Assembly (NCBI GenBank): GCA_964016885.1
Contig: OZ024741.1
Coordinates: forward strand, 81,468,001-81,532,000
Direction of reading: 5' to 3'
DNA length: 64,000 nucleotides
Source: Eledone cirrhosa
Taxonomy: Eukaryota
The position numbers and the translations under genes were made by a program. Each line of letters begins with the position of its first letter. The stretch's first letter is position 1. Positions 1 to 13,587 of this stretch are shown piece by piece. Under the pieces are notes generated by a model. The model was given only the letters and a program-made list of their open reading frames with translations. It was not told the DNA's origin and did not search any database.

Positions 1-37
1 AAAAAGTCGTTGGGACACGTAAATAAAGAGAACGTTC

Positions 38-240
38 GGAGTATCGTTAATAGCTTTCTCCGTTTATGTATATATATATATATATATATACATAAACGGA
101 GAAAGCTATTAACGATACTCTGACCAATGTCCAACTCACTCAACAAGCATTAAGAAAATCCGGAGTATATTCCCAATTAAACGTTTGGGGTGCTAACTAT
201 ATAGTGTTGTGTGGATAATCGGCTGTATTATTTTATGTGA
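38..240. mobile_element. TA-associated non-coding repeat family C fragment with a palindrome centred on (TA)n
   Basis: gagtatcgttaatagctttctccgtttatg-(TA)n-cataaacggagaaagctattaacgatactc is an inverted repeat. 90-240 is the reverse complement of about 1410-1570 and matches 48055-48210. Confidence 0.75.
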
Positions 241-327
241 GATATATTAAAATCTCATTCCATATATTATATATATTATATTATATTATATCATCTTATA
301 TTATATTATATTATATCATATAATATA

Positions 328-476
328 AGTGGATTAGCAGTATCGGTAGAGGGTCGGACGCTATGCTTTCCAGCATAGTTACGTCCCTTTACGATCTGAG
401 TTCAAATCCCGCCGAGGTTGACTTTGCCTTTCATCCTTACGGGGTCGATAAAATAAAGTAGCAGTAATGCACTGGG
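328..476 (+). mobile_element. tRNA-headed SINE, main family (3' truncated copy)
   Basis: A-box-like tagcagtatcgg, B-box gttcaaatcc and central gcctttcatccttacggggtcgataaaataaagta motif. More than 20 related copies occur in the window. Confidence 0.85.
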
Positions 477-494
477 TAATATATATATATATAT

Positions 495-1012
495 ATAAAT
501 GGAAAAAATGAAACGAAATTTCATTTTCCACTCTTAGTACGGCTGTTACTTAAATATAAGTATGTATACGTACATACATATATGTATACAGACGTACAGT
601 AGTATGTATACATACATGCACACATACATATATGTACGTATGGATTTACCGAACATTTATTATAATGCTCGGTTTGTTTGAAAACAAACATTCCGGATTA
701 AGCCGTACAGTGTTTAACAACCATCGTTGCCTTTTTGTTCAACACTGACAAAGGAACGATGTACTAGTTTCAAGCTAATTTGTTATCGTCAGCACCGTAT
801 ACCTTCCGGCCTGTTGATTGAACGTCTGAAAGTATATACTTTCCTTAAGCATATTAACGGCTGATCAGCCTAATTTGCATATCGAGTGAGTTAATCGGCC
901 GGGCGCACCGAAAACGATAAATGAAAAAAATGAAACGAAATTTCATTTCTCACTCTTAGTACGGCTGTTACTTAAATATAAGTATGTATACGTACATACA
1001 TATATGTATACA
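495..1012 (-). mobile_element. Family A non-autonomous hammerhead-bearing element, 422-bp unit plus ~95-bp terminal repeat
   Basis: 495-590 repeats at 917-1012. Left flank is (TA)n. Homologous to 60735-61270. Confidence 0.75.
757..797 (-). ncRNA. Minimal type I hammerhead ribozyme, family A (stem II decayed)
   Basis: Reverse complement reads CGGUG-CUGACGA-uaacaaauuagcuu-GAAA-CUAG-UA-CAUCG. Stem I is CGGUG/CAUCG, stem III is the palindrome ACUAGU, cleavage triplet GUA. Confidence 0.7.
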
Positions 1013-1026
1013 TATATGCAAATTAG

Positions 1027-1083
<57 letters not shown>

Positions 1084-1174
1084 TTCTAAAATGACAGATA
1101 GATGGCTAGATAGATAATTGAATGCATTTCTTATTAGCTGCGGGAACTAAATAATGTGAATATATATATATTTT

Positions 1175-1572
1175 TCGAGACAGTGTGAGATTTTCTTTAG
1201 AACTGCTGGACTAACAACCTAGCAGCTCCTTCAAGCACTGATGGTGATTTGGTTATCAATATTATTATTGGGCACCCACTGAAGAATTATAAGAGCTCAC
1301 TTGTATAATTATCTGTTAATCTTATACAAGCTTCTACATAATTTGGTATAATTTCACCCAACTTGTAGAAATCTTATAATGAAACGAGTCGTCTGGGAAG
1401 TGATATATTTGATATATCTCATATGAAATGATACAGCCAATTCTCCGCACAGTACAACTAGTTAGCACCCCGAACGTTTAATTAGGAATATACTCAGATA
1501 TTTCCTAATGTTTGTTGAGTGAGTTGAAATTTGGCCGGAGTAACGCTATTAGCTTTCTCCAATTATGTATTT
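1175..1572 (+). mobile_element. TA-flanked non-coding repeat family C
   Basis: Bounded by (TA)n on both sides. Homologous to the reverse complement of 48055-48470 and of 90-240. Confidence 0.7.
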
Positions 1573-2527
1573 ATATATATATATATATGAGTGTGTGTAT
1601 GTGTGTATGTATGAGGATTGAATCAGTATTAAAGTAGTTAGCCCATTATACAACAGAGTACACGATACTTGCTGTAGTAGAGTATGGCTATATTAGAAAG
1701 AGTCGTGGCCCGGGCGGCTACACTCTTGCCATTTCAACAGCTAGTTCTTGATTCTCTTTCTCTCTCTCTTCCACCTTCTCCCCCCCCGCTCTCCCTCCCT
1801 CCCCTCCCCCTCTCTCTGTATGATTTAGCTTTGGTGATAAGAAATGCATTCGATTTAATGTTATCAATATAAAGATTTTACAAAACAATTCTAGCCATAA
1901 GCGCAGCCAGCCTGAGGCTTTAGTAGCAGACCTCTGTCTAAGGTTCATACAAATGGGTTCAGCCTGAAGCCGCACGGTTTTCAAAGAGAATTCCTTAACC
2001 ACAAAACAGCGCCTGTACCTTTCTTCTTGTGCCTATCTTTCTTAAGTAATTTTCTCGCATACGAAAACAATCCACGAAAATTCGCAATCAAAATCAGTTT
2101 GCGATAAGTACTTGCATAATTTATAAAACTAATCTATTCTGAGAACATTGTATGTGTACTTTTACTGCCTATTCCACAATATGACATGTTTCACACAAGC
2201 CCGAGGTTTTTTGTCTCTCTGTCTCCATCTCTTTCGCCGTTTTCACTTCCTCTCTCTGACTCCCCCGTCTTCTCCCTCTCTCTCTTTCTCTCCTGCCCCC
2301 CCCCTCTCTCTCTCTCTCTCATTCTGTTCTTATTTACACCATCCTTTCCTCTCACCTGCGTGCTTTATTTTACACATCAGTTTCTATTGTTCATTGTATA
2401 GTTCAGGTTACGCACACGCACACACGCACACACGCACACATCCACACAAACACACACATAGATTGACGTAAACACAGATTTAACAGAGAACGCACGCACC
2501 CATAAAGACACTAGTATATACATACAT

Positions 2528-2975
2528 GATGGCTGCACCCTCGTTATCGAGTATTCTATAATTAATTCTATTGTGCAATGCCTGTGCGTGAAAATATTTT
2601 TTAAAGTGAGGAAAGACTGTGCACTGAGCCAATCCCATTCTGAGCGACAATAGCTGTAACCCGAAAAGAAGAAAAGATCGACATCATCGGTAACTACTGA
2701 GCCGCAGGTTTTATATCGGAGTTATCCCAATTTCTTAAGTTGCCTTCTCCTAGAAGAATACCTTGACAAAGGCTAGGGGTCCTTCACTCACAGTGGTTTA
2801 ACCGCGCGGTACATATGTATATACATATTTACACACTTTTGGATGGCCGTTGACTCTTATGAGTTCTTGCGCCCTTTGTCAGGTTTTGTTTTTTGTCTTG
2901 CAGGGTGTCCAAAATCACCCTCCTCACCAAGTAAACTTGGTGGAGTTGCCGGTTTAGTCGCCGATGACCCGACCA
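2528..2975 (-). mobile_element. Bipartite RTE-derived short element, (ATGT)n-associated
   Basis: Reverse complement matches 57083-57551 and 56416-57021. Flanked by cata repeats. Confidence 0.75.
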
Positions 2976-3039
2976 TACATACATGCATACATAAGGACAG
3001 CGAAAATATATGCACATCCACGTACAAGAATTGACGATA

Positions 3040-3500
3040 ATAATAATTGTTTCTACTTTAGGCACAAGGCCAGCAGTTTGAAGGGGTGGGGGAAAGTTGA
3101 TTAAATCGACCTCAGTGCGTTACTGGTACTTTATTTTATCGACCCCGTAAGGATAAAAGACAAAGAAAACTCAGCGGGATTTGAATTCAGAAGATAAAGG
3201 GCCATAACTCTATGTCACTAAACATGTTGTCCAACGCTCTACCGATTCTTCCAATAAACCGCAATCAATAACAATAATAATAATTGTTTCTACTTTAGGC
3301 GCAAGGCCAGCAATTTGAAGGGGAAGGGAAAGTCAATTAAATCGATCCAGTGCATTACTGGTACTTTATTTTATCGACCCCGTAAGGATGAAAGGCAAAG
3401 TTAACCTCGGCGGGATTTGAACTCAGAATGACAAGGGCCGTAACTCTATGCGTCAAAGCATGGCGTCCGACCCTCTACCGATACTGCCAATCCACCGCCT
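3040..3500 (-). mobile_element. Two tandem main-family SINEs
   Basis: Two consecutive copies of aattgtttctactttaggcacaaggcc...gggatttgaactcag, each preceded by (AAT)n. Confidence 0.85.
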
Positions 3501-3900
3501 TTATATAATAATTATAACCGTGGTGTATTCTCTGTCGGTTTCGATGATGAACAGTCAATTTTTCAATCAACTGAACATTCACCCTCTAAATGGTCATGGC
3601 TGAGTATTCAACAAATCTGCATATCCCCTAACACAACTCTCAAACCGTACCATTGAACTAGTCCATCTGATGAACTTACACGCAATTTCGCAGTCTGGCT
3701 ATGGTAAAAGTACTGGCCCAGGATGTTATGCATTGGGATCGAGACCGGGACCTTATGATTACGAGACAAACTTCTTAACCACCCAGCCATACATGCCTCA
3801 CTACATCAATGTAGACAGACACATACATTATTATGTAACCAAAGATGTCTACACAAAGAAACATAGAAACTGAAAAAATCGCCACACGCGTACAAACACA

Positions 3901-4024
<124 letters not shown>

Positions 4025-4072
4025 CTGTGATTGTTTCATATCTTTATTTATATGTTAATCAATTTCTAGTTG

Positions 4073-4122
<50 letters not shown>

Positions 4123-4614
4123 GAGAGGTATAGAGATTGTTTTAGCAAGAAGCTAACGGCATTCTATAACATATATGCGACTATAACGTCAAGATGGGAA
4201 AAGTAGTTAACGAAAGATTTAGGAAAAATAACTCAAACTCATCTCAAAAGAGAATCAGGATATAAATTCATCCATAGAATTTAGTAAAATCCAGGGAAAA
4301 ATCTATAGACCTTTAACTCATGATAAAATAAAGTTTGAAACACTTATCCTTCAATTTGGAATAACATCAAATGCTCTGTATAGTCTTAGAAGACTATTTC
4401 ATGAAAACTTTCAGTGGAGATGGTCACGGTTGGAATTTCATTCGATTGTTTCATATCTTTATTTATATGTTAATCAATTTCTAGTTGTTATAAAATGCTC
4501 GGACCTATTCATTAGAATCTTGGAGCTTATTTTACGAGTGATATGGCGCATGCCTTGTGGCATGACACCCATAATTTTTATTTAGATTAAATTCATCTTG
4601 ATTTATCTTAATTT

Positions 4615-4674
<60 letters not shown>

Positions 4675-4813
4675 ATTAGAAAGTGAGGTGTTTTTTACAA
4701 AATGAAAAGTAACCGAGGTGTCCTACACGAGTGAAAGTATAAAGAAAAAAAGATGAAATCGAAAATGCAACTGGAGTCTTATTTTTAAAAATATATATAT
4801 ATTTATTTGGTTC

Positions 4814-4849
4814 CTTTACCAGTTTCGCAGTTCTTCTGATTTTCAAAAG
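4814..4849 (-). ncRNA. Minimal hammerhead, family B (U3-A8 core variant)
   Basis: Reverse complement reads CUU-UUGAAAA-ucag-aagaa-cugc-GAAA-CUGG-UA-AAG. Confidence 0.55.
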
Positions 4850-4930
4850 TAGAGTTGAGATGGAGAGTCTGTGGTTTTGCTCACAGATGTGAGATGTGAG
4901 AAAAACCACAGACTCTCCACCTCAACTCTA

Positions 4931-4966
4931 CTTTTGAAAAGCAGAAGAACTGCGAAACCGGCAAAG
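4931..4966 (+). ncRNA. Minimal hammerhead, family B (U3-A8 core variant, U16.1 mutated in this arm)
   Basis: CUU-UUGAAAA-gcag-aagaa-cugc-GAAA-CCGG-CA-AAG. Stem II gcag/cugc is perfect. The two-arm consensus gives palindromic ACCGGU and a GUA site. Confidence 0.55.
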
Positions 4967-5034
4967 GAACCAAATAAATATATATATATTTTTAAAAATA
5001 AGACTCCAGTTGCATTTTCGATTTCATCTTTTTT

Positions 5035-5100
<66 letters not shown>

Positions 5101-5104
<4 letters not shown>

Positions 5105-5755
5105 CGTGAACTCGTGCGCCGATTTTTCGATACTCGATTATTCTACTATATTTAGCTCTAGACTTAGCTATTGACCAGTTAATTTTATTGTTCATTTTTT
5201 GTTGATTCTATTAAATGATGAATAGCTCCTGTTTATTTTAACATGTCTATTGAGCACTCTTATTCGATATGCGATTTTCCACATTCCCGAATATTTTTCG
5301 CGGATATAGAGGTTATCTCCCTTGCTGGATTCCATGTGCGTTTTCAGCTAGGGTTGGCTTTTTTATTCGTCTGGACAAAGCTCGTTGATAAAGTATTTCC
5401 TGTCCGCCGCTCTCTAGAAGTCTTATATATTTTTATGTGGGCTGATAGTGGGCGGTTTAAGGATTTACAGAAACCCAAGAAGCTAGATTTACCATCTTTC
5501 TAGTGGGTCCGGGTAAGCTTTTTACATTCACATGATTTATTGATTTATTGATATTTTATCTGAGTGACCCGAATCTTCCTGATCGTAATTTTTCGGTCGT
5601 ATGGTTGATTTTAGACATAATCTATGTGTGTTGGTATTTTAACGATAGTTATAGCTCTGATTTCTCTGAATTATTGAGCCCTCTGCCACTCATGTCGAAT
5701 TTTGTTTATCGTGAACTCGTGCGCCGATTTTTCGATACTCGATTATTCTACTATA
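5101..5755 (+). mobile_element. Family D non-coding element, 605-bp unit plus 50-bp terminal repeat
   Basis: 5101-5150 repeats at 5706-5755. (TA)n on both sides. Homologous to the reverse complement of 61848-62696. Confidence 0.8.
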
Positions 5756-6939
5756 CATATATATATATATATATATATATTAAGATAAGCAGAACAAGCA
5801 AAATTCAACCAATTTTTTTAAATAAATTAAAAAATATAATATAAATATTTACCTCTTCTAATTGCCCTTACTGATCAGTTTCGCTTTGTAAAACCCCAGA
5901 AATCCGATATATATATATATACTCATGTGATGGCGTGTATGTCTGTAAGTCTATGTACGTACATATTTATGCAGGTACAGAGACGATGTCCTACAAATGG
6001 CCCACCTCTATCACACACACACTCGCGCGCGCGCACACACACACTGTCTCTCTCTCTCTCCTTCTCATCTTCTCGTTATTGAAGTGTGAGAAAATGCAAT
6101 GGGGATCCAGATTCACCTCTCACCATGACATCTACATCCTGACAGCACTCTTATCTCTCTACGTCGTCAAATATCCAGTGACAACCGCCATTTCTCTGTC
6201 TCTCTCTTTTTTTTTTCTTTTTTCTTTTAAATCCTTAATAAGGATGTCTGCACTTTCTTAAAAGTTTTAGCCAACCGTAAATATTCCAGATGAAAGGCAA
6301 AATTAAATGACTTTGGCAGGACTTGATTATCAAGACATAAAGAGCTGGAATAAAACAGAGCAAAATATTTTGATCAATGCAAAGTTGACCCCAGCAGGAT
6401 TTGAACACTAGAGTGTAATGTGCCGGATAAAATGCCGCAAAGCATTTTACCCAAGTACAATGCCATACGTTTTGTGGGAGGGTTGAGGCAATGAAATCAT
6501 CCCGAATGAGTACCAGCAATAAGTGGTGGTTTAATCCTGCGATAGACTGGCGTTCTGTCTAAGGGGGTATTGTACTCTCAGTCGCTTCTCGTCATGAAAC
6601 CAGGATAAGCACTGGCCAAATGAGCCTTCTGGCTTAAGACAGACTTTAGACTTAGTACTTGACTAGTGTTCGGCTCACGATTGTAAGGTTGGGTATTCGA
6701 TTTCCAGCGACGTGTTGTGTCCTAAAGCAAGATACTTTATGTTACGTTGCTTTAGTTCATTCACTTAACAAAATTGAGTTGTAGCTGAAATTCAAAGGGC
6801 CAGTCTTGTCACATACTGAATCTCCCTGAGAACTACGCTAAGGGTACACGTGTCAGCGGAATTCATAGCCACTTCTACATTAATTACACGATCATATCAA
6901 TTGGAACACTCGTGGTCGGAACCGACGGATGACCAACAT

Positions 6940-8042
6940 ACACCTGACTGGTACTTAATCTAATCAATCTTGGAACAATGAAAAACGAAGTTAAATAAGT
7001 TTGGATAGGATTTGAATAAGAAAACATAAAGAGCTGGAGTTAAATACCGCTAACCATTTTGTTCTAGCGTTCTACCGATTCTGCCGAAATAATAGTTTGC
7101 ACCTTCGGCAAAAGGACAACAGTTTGAAGAGATTTAACAATCAATTAAATTGATTACAGGATTTGAATAGTACTTTATTTTATCCACTCCGGAAGGATAA
7201 CAAGATATATTGACCTCAACGGGATTTGTACTCAGAAGGTAATGGGTCGTAACTAAATGCAACGATTCTCAGCAATTTAGGGAAGGAGAAGGTCGATTAT
7301 ATATACTCCAGTACTTAACTGGTACTTTATTTTATTGACCTCAGAAGCACGAAAGGTAAAGTTACTTCAGTAGGATTTGAACTCAGGTTGGCACTTGTCA
7401 TCTAACGTTTCATTTACGATGACCACAACGATAACAATTGCAACAACAGTGGCAACAATGGTTTCTAACTTAGGCACAAAGTCAAGAGTTTGAAGAGAGG
7501 AATAAGTCGATTATATCGGCCCTAGTACTTCACTGCTGCTTTATTTTATCGGCCCCGGAAGGAGTAAATGCAAAGTTGACATCGCTGGAATTTTATACTC
7601 TAGACGAAAAGGACCGTAACTAAATGCTGGCGCTCTAACGATTCTGTCAAAATAATTGTTTCTACTTTTGGCACAAGGCCAGCAATTATCACAGTGTATT
7701 ACTGGTAGTTTATTTTACGACCTCGTAAGGATGAAAGGCAAAGTTAACCTCGGCGGGATTTGAACTCAGACCATAAAGGGCCGTAACTCTTTGCTGCAAA
7801 GCATGGCGTCTGACTCTCTACCGATACTGCCAATAATGGTTTCTTATATAGGCACAAGGCCAACAATTTTGGGGGAGAGGAAAGTCGATTAAATCAACCA
7901 CAGTGGGTGACTGGTACTTTATTTTATCGACCCCGTAAGGATGAAAGGCAAAGTTAACCTCGGCGGGATTTGAACTCAGATCACGAAGGGCCGTAACTCT
8001 ATGCTGCTAAGCATGGCGTCCGACACTACCGATACTGCCAAT
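6940..8042 (-). mobile_element. Head-to-tail array of about 6 main-family SINEs
   Basis: Repeated ctggtactttattttatcgacc...gatttgaactcag units in the same orientation with differing decay. Confidence 0.8.
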
Positions 8043-8283
8043 AATGAAACAAAATTTCTTCTGCCTATCTAGAATCAATTGACTTATTCTTCGATTAGAT
8101 TCTATGTCCCCACCCCGCTCGCTCTCTCTTTCCCTCTCTCCCTCTCTGCCTCTATCTATCTGTCTTTTTCACTATTTCCCCCTTCTCATCCGTCTTTCTC
8201 AGTTCCTGTCTATCTGCTCACCTCTCTATCATTGTCTGTCTCTCGCTGTCACGCATGCTTTCTTACTTACTCTCTCTTTTACT

Positions 8284-8580
<297 letters not shown>

Positions 8581-8904
8581 TCCAATTATAAATTAGACGA
8601 GTCAGTTGACCCACCAGCTGTTTCCTTGTTCCTTCCGCTAAATCGATCACCTTCGAGAGTTTTCATTTTCTTTCCTTCTTTTAGATTTACATTTTTTCAT
8701 CAATTGTATTTTATTAATTTTCTACAATTTTTATGAAATTCTTTTCGGTCTTTTAATGTTTTTTTTGTTTGTAATTTTACGTTTTCGTTCTTTTTTTCTT
8801 TTTATTATGCTGGTATTTTTATTTGATTTGCTTCTGTTTTCGACTTTTTCAAGAACATTTAGACCATGTCACTAATTCTGATTGTTTTCACTCGTCTTCA
8901 TGGA

Positions 8905-9560
8905 GGAGTGTGGCCTGGTGGTTAGCAAATTAGATTCATAATCATATAGACATGAGTTCGATTTTTAGACCGAGCAGTGCACTGTATTCTTGAGCAAGAT
9001 GGCTACTCCACATTGCTTCTCATGAGAGGACTGAGACCCCTGTCATTAAAACATCCGAGAAACCTTCTACGAGGTACAGCCCTATGGAAGTTCAGCCCTG
9101 TTCATGTAGACTTCTGATCAAAGGTCAGCTATTAATGATCAAATATCAGTCTTGCCGAAGCAGACACGATGAAAGGTCGGCCATACTCAAGTAAGCATCT
9201 GATTTATATTCAGCTTTGCTCAAATAGAGTTATGATCAAGTAGACTTATGATCACTTAGACTTATGAACAAATAGATTTATGATTAAAGATTAAAGATAT
9301 TTATTAAAAAAATCAACCGCGCTCAAGTAGACTTAGGCAAAGTTCATCCTTTTTTAAGTAGGCTCATGATCAACGGTCAGCTGTTATGATCAAAGGTCAG
9401 TCTGCTCAAGTAAACTTATGATCAAGTCGATATATGATCAAGTAAGCTTACGATCAAATAGACATATGATCAAAGGCATTCAAGCTGTGGCCATTCCGAA
9501 TCGCTGTTTTCTTTCAGACATAATGTCTCTAGATCTATATTAACCAACATTTATTCATTT
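8905..9560 (+). mobile_element. Second tRNA-headed SINE-like element with internal degenerate ~16-bp tandem repeats
   Basis: tggcctggtgg and gagttcgatt boxes at the 5' end. Repeated gacttatgatcaa units at 9100-9480. Confidence 0.55.
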
Positions 9561-11176
9561 TCAAGGTCGTGTGCATTTATTAGCTTTAGTTTTACTTTTG
9601 ACCGATTTTTAAGCAATCCGTTTAATAAATGAAACAATTTTGTGTATGTTGCACAGACTACAAAAAGTCATTGAATAAGCTATATTCACAATACAAAACT
9701 ATTTGATGTAGTTACTTATTAGTTTGTTTGGTTTTATATTTTTGATATATGACAACAAAAACTAATGATTTTATTATTCACGTTAACCGAATAAATATTT
9801 TGACTTTTTTTTTTTTCAGAACCTGGATGATTGTATTATTGTAATGCGCTTCTATTCAGTTTTCAACTATTCGGTAATTCAAAATATTTTAACAATGAAA
9901 ATATTTCTTCAGTTAACGTCAAATAAAAATGCATTATTATTTTTTTTGTCGCCATTGTCCATATATCAAACAGACAAGCGAGCGACGGAGAGTTAAGTCT
10001 TATACAATTGCATTATAACTAACTACATCAAATAGTTTTTATTTTCATTTTTTTTTATATTGCTAACATGTTTATTCAATGCTGTATATAAACACACAAA
10101 ATTGTTTTATTTACTAAATTGAATGCTTGAAAATCAGTAAAACGTGAAACTAACAGTCGTACGAAATGTATATAATTTCAGCTTAAAATAAAATTTATGA
10201 TTCACAATCGTCTACATTTTTGTATTGTGTATTTCCCTCGTGTATTTCCTATGCAGGTTCACTTCGTAAGCATTAGGGTTTTGGTGCGACCTCACTGCGT
10301 GCCATCTTGTCATTTACAAGTGTCATTTACCATAGTCTTGGATCGAATCATATCTTCTGTGTGAAATTGAATAGATGGAAACTGTTTGGAAGCCCGTCGG
10401 ATGGACAGTGTCTGTAATTAAAAGGCACCCATCGTCACATACATTGTCACACACAGTGGCACGCTGAATCTCCTTGAGAATTACGTGTCTGTGGAATGCT
10501 CAGTCACTTACATGCTAATTTTATAGAACACTCATAGTCGAAACCGACGAATGTCCAGTGCTTTCCTTCGTGTATAGACGCAATTGATAATTGTGCATAG
10601 CCATGCATGTGTGGTTAAGAAGTTCGCGTTGCAACAACGGGATGTCGGGTTCAGTCCCTCTGCGAATGTATTCTACTATAGCCTCGGATTCAGTCAATCA
10701 CGTTGCCCCTCCCCCCGACCCCAGTATTTATTTTTAAAAATCTGGCACTTATATTATCAATCACCGTTTGTTGAATTGTTATACAAACATACACAAACAT
10801 CACATACAACACAAATACAGACACGAGGGGACACATACACAGAAACATGCTCACTCACTCAAGCACACACATATGTATACATGCATATGCACACTCTGGA
10901 CTGACAGGGTTGAATGTCATTAAATACCTCAGCGCCCACTTCTGCAATACAGACACGAAGAAAAACAAAATGGAATATCTACATGACTCAGGTGAGACAT
11001 ACCACTTTGACTGGGGTGTAGACTCAACTGCTCCCTTACCCCTGTATTTTCTTCTTCATTTCCTGCCACATCATGTCTGAATGTCGGTAAATATGTGATG
11101 AACAATTATGATATATATGTGTATATATATGCGCGTAGAATCTACGTAGATGAATGCATATGATTATCGTTCATCA

Positions 11177-11370
11177 AGGGCAGTGGATTGGCAGTATAGG
11201 TAAAGAGTCGGACGCTATACTTTGCAGCATAGGGTTACGGCCCTTTATGATCTGAGTTCAAATCCCGCCGAGGTTAACATTGCGTTTCATCCGTATGGGG
11301 TCGATAAAATAAAGCACCTGCAATACATTGGAATAATTGCTGGCCTTGTGCAAAAAGTAGAAACAATTAT
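11177..11370 (+). mobile_element. Main-family SINE
   Basis: A and B boxes, central motif, and 3' end ggccttgtgcaaaaagtagaaacaattatt. Confidence 0.85.
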
Positions 11371-11819
11371 TATCGTTCATCAACATATTTTTTCATACAC
11401 AGCTTCGTTAGCAAAGCATTATAAAAACTACTTCCCTGGGATTCTACCGGATGGAGGTGAAGTTGGCTCAGACCCTATCTTTCCTTTACTTTCCCTATTT
11501 ATTTTTCTCTTCCCTTTTTTTTCACCTAGTAAACGTTATATAACCCAACTGAAATTTGTTGAATAGAACAATAGTTTTCAATGTTTAAAGAAAAACAGTT
11601 TAAAGATGAAGAATAGTTGGAGCTGAAGGATCCTCAGACCATGGACCTGTTAGAGTTTGTTTGAGAATTACAGATTACGACAAAAGGCTGACCACTGGAG
11701 CTCTGGGGCAGATGCAGGCCAGAGTTTACAAAGAATCCTGAATGAGAATACGGATGAAAAAGGGGAGAGGGTAAATGTTTAAGGAAAAGCGATATGAAGC
11801 GGAATAATAAAGGAAAGAG

Positions 11820-11935
11820 ATGAAAAGAAAGTTAGACTGTGAAAATTAAGATAGTTATCGAACTTATTAAATCAATTGATTGACTACTAGAGACATTAAT
11901 GAAATAACGATCAGTGAAATTAACTTGGTAACACA
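11820..11935. repeat. Dispersed repeat adjacent to (CA)n, inverted partner at 15170-15290
   Basis: agactgtgaaaattaagat...cattaatgaaataacgatcagtgaaatta is the reverse complement of 15183-15272. Confidence 0.7.
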
Positions 11936-12156
11936 CGCACATACTCGCATACACATACGCACAGGCGCATAAACACACGCACACACGCATACACAATAAT
12001 ACGGAAACAACCACATAAAAGAGATAAGAATTGATAGATAAAGATACACTCACATGTATATAAGTGTGTATGTGTGCCACTGTCAATGTATCTAGCAATT
12101 AATCTACGCACACAAATATATATATATAAATATTATACACACAGATACACACACAC

Positions 12157-12248
<92 letters not shown>

Positions 12249-12454
12249 GTGTGTGTATGTATATATATATATATGCAAGCAAGAAGAGGGTGAAGGGGTA
12301 AGCGCGATAGTAAGAGAGAGAAGAGTAAGATTGATAGTAAAGAGGGTGAATGAAGTTGTCTAAACACAAAGTCTTCTTCTTACAATGTTTTCATTGATAA
12401 TCAATAATATTGAACAGACGATAATCGATACAAAGTAATATAATATTGCTGATA

Positions 12455-12573
<119 letters not shown>

Positions 12574-12969
12574 TTACATACATACAACCCATTTTCTCAG
12601 ATGTCTATGAAACAGTTATTTAAATATAAATATATAAAGAGAAGAAAGCAAAATAGGCTAAGGGTAAAATAACTGAAGACTTCTCATAAACAACACAGAA
12701 TACCATTGCTGGCGCTCTTCTAGCTTATCATGAATTAATAGAGAGCTTAACATAATTTCACTTCCATCAAAAGTGAAAAAAAAAAAATGTATTGTTGAAC
12801 AAAAATCTCTGATCATATCGATTCAGACAACAAATCAATTTGAAAAATAATCTAATTAAAGATAGAATTCCGTGCAGAATATGTGTGTATGCATGTGTGC
12901 CTCTATGTATGTGTGTGTACGTGTGTGTGTACACACATGCATATATAAATAAATAAATAAATAAATAAA

Positions 12970-12999
<30 letters not shown>

Positions 13000-13006
<7 letters not shown>

Positions 13007-13542
13007 TGCATCTTGATTGCGAGTAATGCCATCGCTTGATACTTAAAATAGCTTGAGAATCACGGACGTGGCTTTTTAGTCCTGCCATGCATCGTAAAAA
13101 AATGTCACATACCAAGCAATGCCTGTGCTTGAAGCAATTTTTAAGTAAGGAAAATCTTTGCACGGAGCCAATCCCACTCTCTGAACATCGACTGCAATTA
13201 CCCAAAAAGAAGAACTGGTCTACATCATTGGATGTAAACGAAGTCGCAGGTTATATATTAGGGTGACCTTCTCCCTGAGAGATGTCTTAATGAAGACTAG
13301 GAGTCTATCGCTCCACACACACACAAAAAAATAAAAATCTTTATTGGATGGCCATTGACTCTCCTGAGTTTCTCTGCCCGCTGACGGGTTTTGTTTTTCA
13401 CCCCCCCCCCCCGGGGTATCCAGAATCACCTTCCTCACCAAGCAAGCAAGCTTGGTGGTGTTGCCGGTTTAGTCACCGACGACTCAACTATGCACAAGTT
13501 GTACTGGGTTACATGTTACCAGTAGCGATGAAGATCGACCTG
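13000..13542 (-). mobile_element. Bipartite RTE-derived short element
   Basis: Reverse complement aligns along its length with 57969-58418 and 56020-56330. Confidence 0.8.
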
Positions 13543-13553
13543 TATACACACAT

Positions 13554-13587
<34 letters not shown>

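Larger units (their letters stand above)
4738..5040. mobile_element. Family B fold-back element (~145-bp inverted arms)
   Basis: 4738-4885 is the reverse complement of 4895-5040 with a few mismatches. It lies between (TA)n tracts. Confidence 0.85.

Noticed and set aside
328-420. tRNA genes
   Set aside because: The A and B boxes belong to SINE heads. No cloverleaf could be formed.
1275-1310. ctgaaga / ctgatgc in family C as a hammerhead core
   Set aside because: No stem II or GAAA in either copy. It may be decayed but is unsupported.
5865-5900. Minus-strand gtttt-ac-aaagc-GAAAC-UGAUC, possible 3' half of a hammerhead
   Set aside because: The CUGAnGA core is absent and there is no second copy to confirm.
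9100-9480. Spaced short repeats resembling a CRISPR array
   Set aside because: Degenerate tandem units without unique regular spacers, inside a SINE-like element in eukaryotic DNA.
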